From positions 4,117,392 to 4,181,391 of the forward strand of contig CM119264.1 in assembly GCA_051294375.1 (NCBI GenBank): a stretch of DNA of 64,000 nucleotides, in the 5' to 3' direction. This document shows, piece by piece, positions 27,486-39,682 of this stretch (positions within the stretch are counted from its first letter, which is position 1; each line of letters starts with the position of its first letter). This DNA comes from Paraspadella gotoi (taxonomy: Eukaryota; Animalia; Chaetognatha). Under the pieces are notes generated by a model. That model was not told the origin of the DNA. It saw only the letters and a list, made by a program, of their open reading frames with translations, and did no database searches. The position numbers and the translations under genes were made by a program.

Positions 27486-28360
27486 TCTTTATTCTTATTG
27501 CCACACCTTTTTTTCTTAAAAAGTCTACACTCAACTCAGAGCTAATTTCTCCTTCTTTGTCACTCAGTCCTCAGTGACCCCGTTAACTATTTCCCTCGTG
27601 ACAAGCGACGTTTTCACAGGAGTGAGTTTTTGCGTGGGAGGTTTTAATCTATTTGCAGCGGCGGAGGGAGGAGAGCGGCGCTGCGCAGCCGGGGCGGCGG
27701 AGTGTACGAGCTGCGGCAGCGCCAGCGCAGGCGGTGATTGTGACGGGTTTTTTTTTTCATGGTTTTTATTGGGTAATTATCGGAATCATATTGCGCGGTT
27801 GGTTGAAAGCGTCATACGGCGACATCAGCGCCTCTGGCCGACGACGTTTGATCATTTCATGAAACGTCCGGGGGGGGGGGAAGACCGCAACGGAGGCGAC
27901 ACCAAACGTGTTCTCAAAGCAAAAAGAAAGACGAAACAAAGCAAGAAAAGAGCAGAAACAGTGTCCTCGTGCGGCGTCGACTCGACAAAATAAAGCAGAA
28001 AAAAAAAGCAGAAAACGAAGCGGGAAACGGGCGTCGTAAACAAAGAGAGCCTCGATATGACGCCGGTGAACGACATAGCGCCGAGATATGACGCCGGAAG
28101 GGGGATTATATGACGCCGGTTTTTCCAAAGAAGCGGGAAACGTCGTCGTCGGCGTCGTCGGCGGCGCCCCCCTGAGACGAAAAACAAAAGGCGCTCAAAA
28201 CAAAAGAACAAAAGAAGAATAAGACCGGAATTTTTTTTTTAATTTAGGAGAAAATATATGAAAGTTTTTTGGTAGGAAGAGTCTATATGGGGTGATAAAG
28301 GATAGCTTTTATAATAGTTTTATATATTTGTTAATTAAATATTTGAAGTGAGAGACAGAA

Positions 28361-28435
<75 letters not shown>

Positions 28436-29365
28436 TCTGTTTCATAATGATTTAAAGTAGACAAAGAGTAGGCTAAGAATCCTGAATGTTTAAATTTACA
28501 ATTTCAAGTGAACTTAATAGGCAAATAAGAGAAAAAAATTTACTGAAATTTCCAAGTTTCAAAGTGAAAATCTACAAAATACAAGAATATTTTTTTATTG
28601 AATCCACATTAAATGAGGTTAACCGAAATAGGACCAAGTCAATTCTGACCCACTCAATCCCACATCTATCAGACCACGATCCCCTTAAACCTGACCCACT
28701 ATATATAAGTAGATAATGATCCACTTGACTCTGACCTACTAGACCACGATCAACTTATCTGCACTCAAAATTGCTTAAAGACCTCTCCAAATTCTTTCCG
28801 GCCAAATTCTTGACTTTGAAAGGAACTCCCTTTATTTTGAACTTTTCTTCTTGATCATTTGATATTATTTCGCTGTAAATTCCAGTATTTGCAGTATTTC
28901 ACAACTTGAATAACTGTTTATACGCATCTACATTTGTGTTTACATTTCTTTTTACATTTTTAAATTAGATTCTAGTAGGATGTGGCATTGATAGCAAATG
29001 AATGAAAAACCTATTGTTTAATTTTATATACAAGCAATAGACTCATCTTACAAAGATTATTCATCAAGAAAGAAATCCTTTCTTTCCAAAAGCTAAACCT
29101 TCTCTACCCGATTCTCACTCTTCCCTCTCAGCTCCTTCACACTCTTCAGCTTTCGCTCCATACTCCTAGATCTTTACTCCTCATTCTTCCTTCCAAATCT
29201 CTATCCCCTGTCCCCCCCTTAAAGCCCCCAGCCATCGCCTCCGGTGTGCGGAGATTCGAGGCCAGAATGCTGAAGTTTTGTGGAAAAAATAAAAAACAGA
29301 GACTGTTCTTGAATTCAGACGGGGGAAAAGGACGAGAAGAGAGAGAGAGAGAGAGTGAAGAGAGA

Positions 29366-29792
29366 CAGTGGCCACAGATAGTTTGGTGCGTACCTGAGAA
29401 GAGGACTGAGATATCTCTTCCTAGCTCTCTCCTCTTCTCCCCCGGTCAACCTCAGTCAGACTTTGGATCTGATGAAATTCAGTTTTGATAGGATTCCGCT
29501 CCGTTGGACTTATTTCCCTCGGTTTTTTAACCATTGTTCCTACGGCATGTTACACTGGCTTTAACAAATTATTGAAACTGGATTATATGACGGGATCTTA
29601 TTGATGCATTTCTTTAGAATATACTTGATTTACTCTATGATTTCTCTTACATTTTGTCTTTACGAGATTATACTCATGATATAGAGTTCAGTTGGATGTT
29701 TTTGTCGGTTGCGGTATTTAGCTCGAGCCTTTTCCTGGGAACCAACTGATATTACTTGGACGGCGTAGAGAGTACAGAAGACTTCTGCTACA
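29366..29792 (+). repeat. 5' LTR-like direct repeat
   Basis: CAGTGGCCACAG...GTCAACCTCAGTCAGACTTT...GGACTTATTTCCCTCGG...CTACA, matching 33574-33981. Confidence 0.85.
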
Positions 29793-30414
29793 GTAGGAAA
29801 ATGGATTTTCCATTCGGAAAACAGCATCGCTTCATTCAGGTGATGTCAGTTTGATATGAAATTAACGGTCTGAATTAGCAAGTGGTCACGCCTTTCTACA
29901 ACAACCGGACCGTTAAGCACCGGTGAGTCCCCCAGAGTGGGATGTCGGATTGATAGGATGAATTGATTTATTTTGATTGAATGATTGAGTGTCATCTGAT
30001 TAAATGATTGATTTAATTATTTAGAAATTGAATTCGAATTTTTTAACATTGATTGGTTCTTGCGATTTGATTGATTTATTTTCTATTCGATCACTCTTTT
30101 GCAAGAAACATTTTTCTCTCTAAAAATTACGAAACAAGATTAAATTTTAGAATTGAAACAGGAATAAAGAAACCTGATAACAATGATTATTTCATGAAAT
30201 ACTAATTGATTTATTGAAGTTTAATTAAAGAGTTTACGCCTTTTTATTTATAAACTTTAATTTATCAATAGATTTGGAATTTGAATTAAATGGTTTGATT
30301 GAATTAATTCGAATTTAATTTCTGATCTTTGATTTTTTTTTTTGAAATATTTGAACTTTTCCAATCCTTTTCATTTTTTTCTTTTCGAGATGTCCCTCAA
30401 TGATTTGCACGTAA

Positions 30415-31415
30415 TTGACACAAAGGATTGCAACGCTAACGGATTACGAAAGGCTGGTGCAAGACATTGCGAAAGTTGATTTTCGCGACTACGTGAAACT
30501 GGGCCTCAAAGAAACCAACCTTGCTTCACGAAACTTTCCAACGACCTTCTGTGCAAAGCAAGAAGATGCAAAATGGCGCAAACTCTCTTCCCAGATGGAC
30601 ACCATTCTTCTGCAAAAGGACCATTTGGTGAGGCCCAGGTCTATTCTGGAGGGACCAAGCTCCAGAAGAAAAAGAACGAAAGTGTGTTGGGAAAGGATGA
30701 AAAAAATGAATTTGGCTTCTATTATTTCCTCTTGTCCAAACTCCTCTGCTGGACTATTCAGTCAGCTCTATTCTTTGAAAGATTAGAGCAGATGAAATGA
30801 TGTTGGAAATCGAGTTTGATGAAACTGAAGACTGATGTTGGCCATGAAGAATCCATGGATGATGATGTAAGTGATCAAATAAGAGCTGTCTCTGAGGCTT
30901 TAATTTGAAATTAAAGAAAAGTATGAACTGAATTTAAGCACTCAGAGAAGAACTCGATTCTACAAAGAAGAACTTGAAAATGAAAGAAAGAAAATTCGGA
31001 CTCTTCTCCTACACCATCCTTAAGTGGTGGAGCGACGAAATAACATCTCAACCACCAATACCATGTTACTTCTTCGCCAAGAAACCCTCAAGTGGTGGGT
31101 CACAGTTTGAAACCGAAAATTTTATTTGCCACTTCGTCTCCACTGAAAACGAAAAAGGACAATTCTCATTGAAACTGAAAATCAGGTATGGATAAGAAAA
31201 AGCATGGTTGCGATCATTGCAAAGAAAAACATTATATAGAGAGTTGCATAGCTGTTCAATGAAATTTGATTCCAAATGCAAGAGGCAAATGTTGCATACA
31301 AGGAGGATTATGTTTTAAATGTGTTCAGAAAAGGGCATCTTGCAAAATGATTGCCATTCACAAGAAATATGCAAAAGGGCATGGCGAAAAGAACACCATA
31401 CCTTCCTCATGATGT
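30415..31415 (+). pseudogene. Frameshifted BEL/Pao Gag-like region (DUF1759-like part plus three zinc knuckles)
   Basis: Reading across frameshifts at 31200-31415 gives GCDHCKEKHYIESC...LCFKC..KGHLA..CHSQEICKR...HHTFL, the CCHC array ending in an HHT motif typical of BEL/Pao Gag. ORF pieces at 30415-30800 (NFPTTF..W..MDTIL..FYYFLLS) loosely resemble DUF1759. Confidence 0.65.
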
Positions 31416-33573
31416 ATTTATGAACAAAAAAGAGATCAAGAAAAACGGAAGAACGCCAATCATGGTTGGGGTTCTGGTGTGTGGATAGGAAACAGGACAG
31501 ATGTAAATAGTACTATGATACGAGTTCCAATAGGGGACGGAGATCATAGTTTATGTGATGTGTGTTTGTGACTTTGATGAGCTTTCTTAACTGGGTGATG
31601 TCCAATTAAGCCACAAAAACACGAATTAAAAAGAATAAGAATTTTGATGGAGAGGACTTCACATGTCAAGTCAAATTCCACTAACAAGAGAAATTTGTTA
31701 GGACATTGCCATCATTACCTATTGGAATGCATTGTCAACTATGGAACTAGACCATACCATTAAGCCTATTCAAACAGACGACTGATGATCAGCGCCGAGC
31801 TCAGGAGGCGGCCGCCCGGTAAACGCAGGCCATTCTTGGAGCGGCCGAGCGCAACGCAGGCCGATTTTTTCGCAAATAATCGTTCATTAAGATTTCATAA
31901 AAAGTTAAAGGAAAAACTAGACTATTGAAACGAATAAGAATTTATTTTAAGAAGACTCAAATATTGGTCTCATCACTCGTTTAAAAGCAGGAGGCGAGCG
32001 TTGATTCTTTTCTGCAATCGCTTAGAGGGAGGCATGGGAATCACGCCAACGCAGCCAAAATATTCCAACTACGGCACGCAGCAAATCAGGAGGCGACCGC
32101 CCGGACCGGCAGCCTATTTCAGGAGGCGACACGCGGCAACGCAGCCGAATTCTGCAGGCCGACCGTTGCTCAAATTGAATGCTTCAGGCAGCAGCAATGG
32201 GAACTTTGCTACGGCGATGCAATCAATTTTGTTGCAGCCGTATGAATGAGAGGTTCAATTTTTGGACATGGGCGCTAAAATGTGATGATTAATGAATGTG
32301 ATGATTAATGAATGATTAATTAATGAATGATTAATTATAATTTAGTTGCTAATTCTATTTCATTAAATATCTATTTTATTTGTGAAATGCTTATCTATTC
32401 GGCCGGTAGATAGGTGCTTCTAAGAATTCAATTAAGTATCATTAAAAATCTAAACAAGTAAATAAGAATAATTTTATTTAAAAAAAAAAATACTTTTGTG
32501 GCTGTTTACCGCTTCATGCGATGTTGAAATTTACATGTTTACGACATTTATTCTTTCATGCCATGGCATGGGAGAAGTGTATTATACCCCTTCTGTGAGA
32601 AAACATTTTGATTGGTTCTTATGATTATGAAACTACGAATCTAGGGACCTCAAGAATTGGAAGAACCTTTTGATTTTGATTGGATTTATCAATTATCCCT
32701 GATTTGGAAATTCATCATCATGGATTGTAATCCTTGAATGAAATTACTTGCACCTGTTGACACAGACTGGGTGTATCATCCCTAATTGAAAAGTATGAGC
32801 TGCCAACCTAAGCATTGTCCGAATATTTTGTGACTGAAAGGATCGAAATTTCCATATTGAACTTCAAACACAGAGGTGATACGTATTTGGCCATAAATGA
32901 ATGTTTCATTTTTTTTTAGAACGAATAACTCTTCATAAAGGGGAATTTAGGAATAAATTTTTGGCAAACTGAATATAACATTACATATTTACCATGTTAT
33001 GAAAAAGATATTTGCTTAAATCTTTCTATTAATTTTTAATCTTCTTTCCCCTCACTGTCTTTTGAGTTTATCAGCATCGTTCTATGTATGGACTCCCCCT
33101 ATGATCACGAGCTGGAACGAGCAAAATGAACAGAAGAACACGCAGACCAACGGCCTACGTCAGGCGGACGTCGGAAAAGAATTAACGAACAAATCTGAAC
33201 TATTGCATGCGACGCGAAGAAACGCGACAGCAGCCCGGTGCATGATGCGGATTCAAGAACAGCAACATCGCCGGGGCCCTCTGGGCAGGAACTTCAGAAC
33301 TGGAACAAAGGAGGCCGGCCACGAATGGAAGCCTGAAATATGGAATCATAAGCGTCAAACTGAAACGGAAAATGGCCCTTTTTTAGTTTTTCACCAGATC
33401 ATGGTCGTTTTTTTAGTTTTTTGGTTCAAACCTTTATCTAGTCATTAGATTTTGGATCTTTGTAGCCATTACCGAGGGAAACATTATGTGATTGCGGACC
33501 CGTTTGATTTGACACTGGTCCTGTGTAGCGCCTTTTTGTGGTCACTTAAAAGTGAGGTGTGGGTTGAAAAAAC

Positions 33574-33981
33574 CAGTGGCCACAGTAGTTTGTGGACCCT
33601 AGAGAGACTGAGATATCTCTCTCTTAGCTCCTCCTCTTCTCCCCGCGTCAACCTCAGTCAGACTTTTGGATCATGAATTCAGTTTTGATAGATTCCGCTC
33701 GCTTGGACTTATTTCCCTCGGTATTTTAACCTTTCCTTACGGCATTTACACTGGCTTTAACAAATTATTACTGGATTATATGACGGATTATTGATGCATT
33801 TCTTTTAGAATTATACTTCGATTTTACTCTATGATTTCTCTTACATTGTCTTCGAGATTATACTCATGATATCAGAGTCCGTGGATGTCTTGCGGTTTTG
33901 CGGTATTTTAGCCCGAGCCTTTCCTGAGACAACTGATATTACTTGGAGCGGCCCCGTAGAGAGACAGAAAACTTCTCTACA
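33574..33981 (+). repeat. 3' LTR-like direct repeat
   Basis: Matches 29366-29792 with scattered indels. An upstream TGTAG at 33524 could be the true TG...CA LTR start. Confidence 0.85.
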
Positions 33982-33987
33982 GAGAGA

Positions 33988-34022
<35 letters not shown>

Positions 34023-34204
34023 TAGATGAAGAGACTGATGAGGTGAATGAAACGAGATGAAGAGACTTAGTTTAAGTAACAGAAAAGTCTGTTTTTCGTT
34101 TTTGCTAAACTTTAAAAAAATAAAAGGACAGGAAGAATTCTCCGTTGGAAACTAACCAAAGATCATAAATCATTGATCAGCGAAAGCGATGATGAGGAGA
34201 GAGA

Positions 34205-34242
<38 letters not shown>

Positions 34243-34896
34243 CTTAAATGCAAATCGAATCGAGTGAATGCAGCTTTTCTTCATTTTTTATCACGAGATT
34301 ATTTTTCTGCTAACGATTTCCGCGATTCTCCTCCTCAGCTTTCCAGTTTTTTCTTTTTCCTTTTCCTTTTTATTTTCCTTTTTTTCCCTCTAATCTTTAG
34401 ACGCATTTGTTTACTGATCAGAATTTCGAGCGTTTATCCTTTATGTTTAGTTGAAAATCATGCGTAGCTCGTTTCTCTCGGAAATTTCGTCTGCATTAAT
34501 CTGAATAGAACATGACCTCGTAAATTTTAATTTATAGTTTAGTCCGGATTAAACTAATATATATATATTTGTTTTTTCTGTCATTAAGAGAGATACTTTT
34601 TCGTTAAAATTTTTAGTTTTATTTATGATTAGCGTGTTTATCTAAATACTTAAAATGAAAAGTTTCTAAACCTAAAAATGCACAATTTTTCTTATTCTAG
34701 ATTATGTCAAAATTTATTTTTGTTAATTTAGACATTTTTGTGGAAATCCTTTCTTTTCGTTGTAAAATGATTAGAGAAAAGAAAGTTTTTATTAGTTTTC
34801 AACGAATTGTTTTTAATTTAACTAATATTTTTTAAAAATTATTAAAACTTAATATATTATAATAAATAGTATAAATAAATAAATAAATAAATAAAT

Positions 34897-34927
<31 letters not shown>

Positions 34928-36004
34928 AAATGACTAAATAAATAATTAAAAAAAGATAAATGATTATTAATTTTATTCAATATAATAATTAAATAATATG
35001 GGGAGAGGGATGTTAGCGTTTTTTCGATTTAAATAAATTTGAAAACACAAATTTCAATTTCGTCGCTTTCTCCGAATTAAATTCCGAGGAGCAAGGAGGG
35101 AAGAAGTTCTGTCACTATTTTCCAAACCGGCCCCATTTTAGTTACTAATCTTTTCACTTAATTTTTTTTCTCTAAATGCTATATCCAATCCTCAATTCTT
35201 TATCAAATCTCTAACCTAAGTTATTAATCATTAACTCTTATTCCAATCCTTAATTCCTAACCTTCATTCATAACTTAACTTTAATCTCTAACCAAAATTC
35301 TAACCAAAACCTTATCTAAATCTCCAACTCTAATCCCTAACCCTTAACAATGTTGAATTAAACCTGAAATCGGCCGCGTTCGTAAAAGACTCCCAAAGTT
35401 TCGTATAATTTTTTATTTTTTAAGAAAAGAAATAAAACCGAATTTCTCTCGATAATAAAAACAAAACTTCCTCCCATTTAAGAAAATCTTTCTATCCATT
35501 CTCTTCCCCTAACCGCCTCCCCCCCTCTAACTCTCTCNNNNNNNNNNNNNNNNNNNNNNNNNNNNNNNNNNNNNNNNNNNNNNNNNNNNNNNNNNNNNNN
35601 NNNNNNNNNNNNNNNNNNNNNNNNNNNNNNNNNNNNNNNNNNNNNNNNNNNNNNNNNNNNNNNNNNNNNNNNNNNNNNNNNTCTCTCTTCCTAACATTCT
35701 CTTTATCTCTTTTCTTCAATCACTTCATCTCCTTTTTTATCTATCACGCATCTTCATTACTCCCTCTTTCTCTCCCTCTCTCATCCCTTCTCACTCCCTC
35801 CTCACTCTTCCCTCCCTTCCTACCTCTTTCCCATTTTTTAATATCGCTTCGAATAAAACTGAAATTCTGCAAATCCCACTTCATTGAAAATTTCATTCCA
35901 TAACCATTTTTGGGAATTTTCGCTAAAGGAGATGAGGCGAAAGAGAAAAAGATAAAACAGACGAATTGAAAAGTCGGGGGAATAATCTTTGCGTGCGCCG
36001 AGGG

Positions 36005-36222
36005 TGCATTGGCGTGAGTCGGCGTTCGCTGACGTGCGTTCACGTGAGTTTTTGCGAATTGGAGTGAGTTGGCGTGAGTTGGCGCGCGTTGGAGCAAGAT
36101 GGCATTGGCATTGACCCGTCTCAGTGTGTCTGCGTGAGTTGGAGTGCGTTGGCGTGAGTTAGCGTGAGTTGGCGCGCGTTGGCGCAAGATGGCATTGGCA
36201 TTGGCCCGTCTCTGTGTGTCTG
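36005..36222. repeat. Degenerate TGGCGTGAGT 10-mer array with a higher-order duplication of about 90 bp
   Basis: GCGTGAGTTGGCGCGCGTTGG.GCAAGATGGCATTGGCATTG.CCCGTCTC.GTGTGTCTG occurs at about 36072 and 36162. Confidence 0.8.
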
Positions 36223-36789
36223 TAAGAAATTTGAAACGCAGATTTTTTCATGAAGAAATTCATATTTTAATAAAAAAATTATTGAAAATAAACGAAATGG
36301 GATTAAAGGTCACGGATTTCATCGTTTATGCCATTAATATATAAATCTGTTTATGATCTTTTTAATCGATCAGTAATGGTGAACGTCGCATATAATCTTC
36401 TCACAGAACATCAACCCTGTTACAAGCATCCCCCCGAATCACTTCCTTTTTTCTTCGGCCTCCAATCTTCACATTCATCCTCCTTAATTCACCATTCACT
36501 CCCCGCATTCACTGACCCTCTAATTACATTTCTCACTCGCCCTACAATTGCCTCCTACATTTTGCCCCCTACATATTGCCCCCTGCAAATTCCGCTCCAC
36601 AATTTCTCTTTATTTAATTTTAGTCGTACAAAAAAGAAGAGGAAAACAGAAAGAAAAATAAAAAAGAAAGAAAAAAAGAGACAACAATTATTTTTATTTT
36701 AACATTTAAAAAAAAAGAAAATTCCTCGAGTTGAATTTCTTCGATGTTATTTTTATTATCGTCGACGCAAAGTTTATCGCGCGAATTTT

Positions 36790-37260
36790 CTTTCCTCCTT
36801 TTTTCGTTTTCCTTTCCTCATTTTTGTTTTTTTCCTCCTCTTTTCGTTTTTTTTCCTCCTTTTTTCGTTTTCTTTTTCTTCTTTTTTCGTTTTCCTTTCC
36901 TTCTTTTTTCGTTTTCCTTTCATCCTTTTTTCATTTTCCTTTCCTCCTTTTTTCGTTTTCCTTTTTTCGTTTTTCTTTCCTCCTTTTTCATTTTCCTTTC
37001 CTCATTTTTTCGTTTTCCTTTCCTCCTTTTTTTTTTCTTTCTTTCTTTTTTGTTTCCCTTTCCTCCTTTTTACGTTTTCCTTTCCTCCATCTTTCGTTTT
37101 CCTTTCCTTCTTTTTTCGTTTCCTTTCCTCCTTTTTTGTTTTCTTTTTCTCCTTTTTTCGTTTTCATTTCCTCTTTTTTTGGTTTTATTTTCCTCCTTTT
37201 TTCGTTTTCCTTTCTTCCTTTTCCTTTCCTCCTTTTTTGTTTTCTTTTTTTCATTTTAAT
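36790..37260. repeat. Low-complexity pyrimidine minisatellite (about 22-bp TTTTCGTTTTCCTTTCCTCCTT unit)
   Basis: Many degenerate copies are directly visible. Confidence 0.8.
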
Positions 37261-37702
37261 TTTCTCCTTTTTTATTTTTCCTTCCCTCTTCAGCTTGGTT
37301 TTCCTATCTTACTTTTTAAAACTTTCTCTTCCTCCTTTCCTCATTTCTTATTTTTTCTTACCTTTCCTCACTTCCTTTCCTATTTTTTTACTTTTTTAAT
37401 TATCCTCTTTTTTATGTTCATGTCAATCATAAATTTTGGGATTTCTTCAATTGTTTATAAATACATTGTTTAGTTCCTCCTTTTCTTTCTTTCTTTCCCC
37501 TGTTTGACTCCCCTCTCCCATCCCCATCTCCTTGACCCGCAATTGTCCTTCAACCCCGAGTTTACCCACTGACCCCATTCCCTTCTCCCTTTTCCCTTCT
37601 TGACCACGAGATTACGACCTTGGAGAAAAACCGAGAAACTCAATAATAAAATCACAGTCTGACGCGAACTCGATCGAGACCGCTCTCTCTGTCTCTCTGT
37701 CT

Positions 37703-37782
<80 letters not shown>

Positions 37783-39682
37783 CCTTTTGTGATTCCGGTC
37801 ATCGAAATCAAGGATGTCCTTCCCTTCGCGTCGTTGATCCCAGATGACATTTCTCGTCGTCATTCGATGCAAATGAAAAAAAGAAAGATGGAGAGAAGGA
37901 GAGAAAGAGAGAAAAAAGAAAGATGGAGAGAAGAAAAGAAAGAGAAAAAAAGAAAGATGGAGAGAAGGAAAGAAATATAAAAAATAAAGATAAAAGAATA
38001 AAAAAAGGGAAACAAAGAGGAAAGGAAATTATAAAAGAAAAACTAAAAGAAAGCTCCTAAGGAGGAAAAGAAATATTCTCTCCAATGTGTACACAATTCA
38101 ATTATCGAAAATCTACATTTTGCAAAATCGGTTGGTTTTCCTGATATCCAATCCCTAGTAGCTACGTTTCCGGTCGCTAAGCTGAAATTTGAAATATTGC
38201 AATGCAAAATGTGAGGTTTCTTATATCACATAAACCGTTTCGCTCGCTAACTACATGGAGAGTTTGCTGCTTATGGGAGCGAGAAAGCTTTTGGCGGCCG
38301 CGCTCGAAGCCGACGTGAAAAAGGTGCAAACAGCAAGCAAATATCACAGCATTGTTGACGATGAGGGCCGGTGTCTTGTCGTCCCTGAACTGCTTCGTGT
38401 GCCCCGCCAGTGCTCCTGCGAGCATCGACGTTCTGTCAGCTTAGCCGTATCACTTTGTTCCAGCAGACGCCGCATCTTTTAATGTAAAGAGAGGAAGGGT
38501 ATACGATTCATCCGACGATGGAAATGGAATAAAAGAAAAGAAAGAAAAGAAATACTAAAATGCAAAAAGAAAAGAAAAAAAAGAAATGAATAAATAAATG
38601 AATAAAAAATAAAAGAAAAACTGTGATAAAGAAAGAAAGAAAGCTAAACACAGAGGCTAAAATGTCTAGAGGCGTGGCCCTCGGGATAGGGGGAAGACCG
38701 AAAGGCGTCTTCGATGGCCGTTGCTAAGGGCTGATGACGTTGTTGTTCGGTTGTCAAGGGCGTTTCAAAGACGGCGACGTCGNNNNNNNNNNNNNNNNNN
38801 NNNNNNNNNNNNNNNNNNNNNNNNNNNNNNNNNNNNNNNNNNNNNNNNNNNNNNNNNNNNNNNNNNNNNNNNNNNNNNNNNNNNNNNNNNNNNNNNNNNN
38901 NNNNNNNNNNNNNNNNNNNNNNNNNNNNNNNNNNNNNNNNNNNNNNNNNNNNNNNNNNNNNNNNNNNNNNNNNNNNNNNNNNNNNNNNNNNNNNNNNNNN
39001 NNNNNNNNNNNNNNNNNNNNNNNNNNNNNNNNNNNNNNNNNNNNNNNNNNNNNNNNNNNNNNNNNNNNNNNNNNNNNNNNNNNNNNNNNNNNNNNNNNNN
39101 NNNNNNNNNNNNNNNNNNNNNNNNNNNNNNNNNNNNNNNNNNNNNNNNNNNNNNNNNNNNNNNNNNNNNNNNNNNNNNNNNNNNNNNNNNNNNNNNNNNN
39201 NNNNNNNNNNNNNNNNNNNNNNNNNNNNNNNNNNNNNNNNNNNNNNNNNNNNNNNNNNNNNNNNNNNNNNNNNNNNNNNNNNNNNNNNNNNNNNNNNNNN
39301 NNNNNNNNNNNNNNNNNNNNNNNNNNNNNNNNNNNNNNNNNNNGCCCGAGTAGCACATGAACAAAAGGTAAGGCGTGGCGATATTTAAATTGCATTTCTC
39401 TCTCTCTGCTTCTCCTGCTTCTCTCCGGTCCCTGTTCTTTTTGGTCACTCTCTGTTCTCTCTCTCTCTCTCACTCTCTCTCTCCTCTTCTCTCTCTCTCT
39501 CTCGTCTCTCTCTCGGTCTCTCTCTCTCTCTCCTCTCTCTCTCTATCCTCTCCTTATTCACCTTGTAATTTATCATTTTCCGCGCTCAAACTTGTCTTCG
39601 TTGTTGTCGTTTTCGTCGTCCAATCTTTGTCGCCATCATCGTCATCCCGACTGTACTTTAAGACCATTGTTCTTGTTTTTGT

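Larger units (their letters stand above)
29366..33981 (+). mobile_element. BEL/Pao-like LTR retroelement (gag-bearing, no recognisable pol), about 4.6 kb
   Basis: Direct repeats of about 410-430 bp at 29366-29792 and 33574-33981, both ending CTACA. An internal frameshifted Gag has triple Cys/His knuckles. AG tracts flank both ends. Confidence 0.75.

Noticed and set aside
35200-35350. TAACC/CCCTAA telomere-like tract
   Set aside because: Too degenerate and short; a common low-complexity motif.
38731-38782. CUGAUGA followed by a stem as a hammerhead core
   Set aside because: No GAAA directly follows the stem in the visible sequence, so the topology is incomplete.
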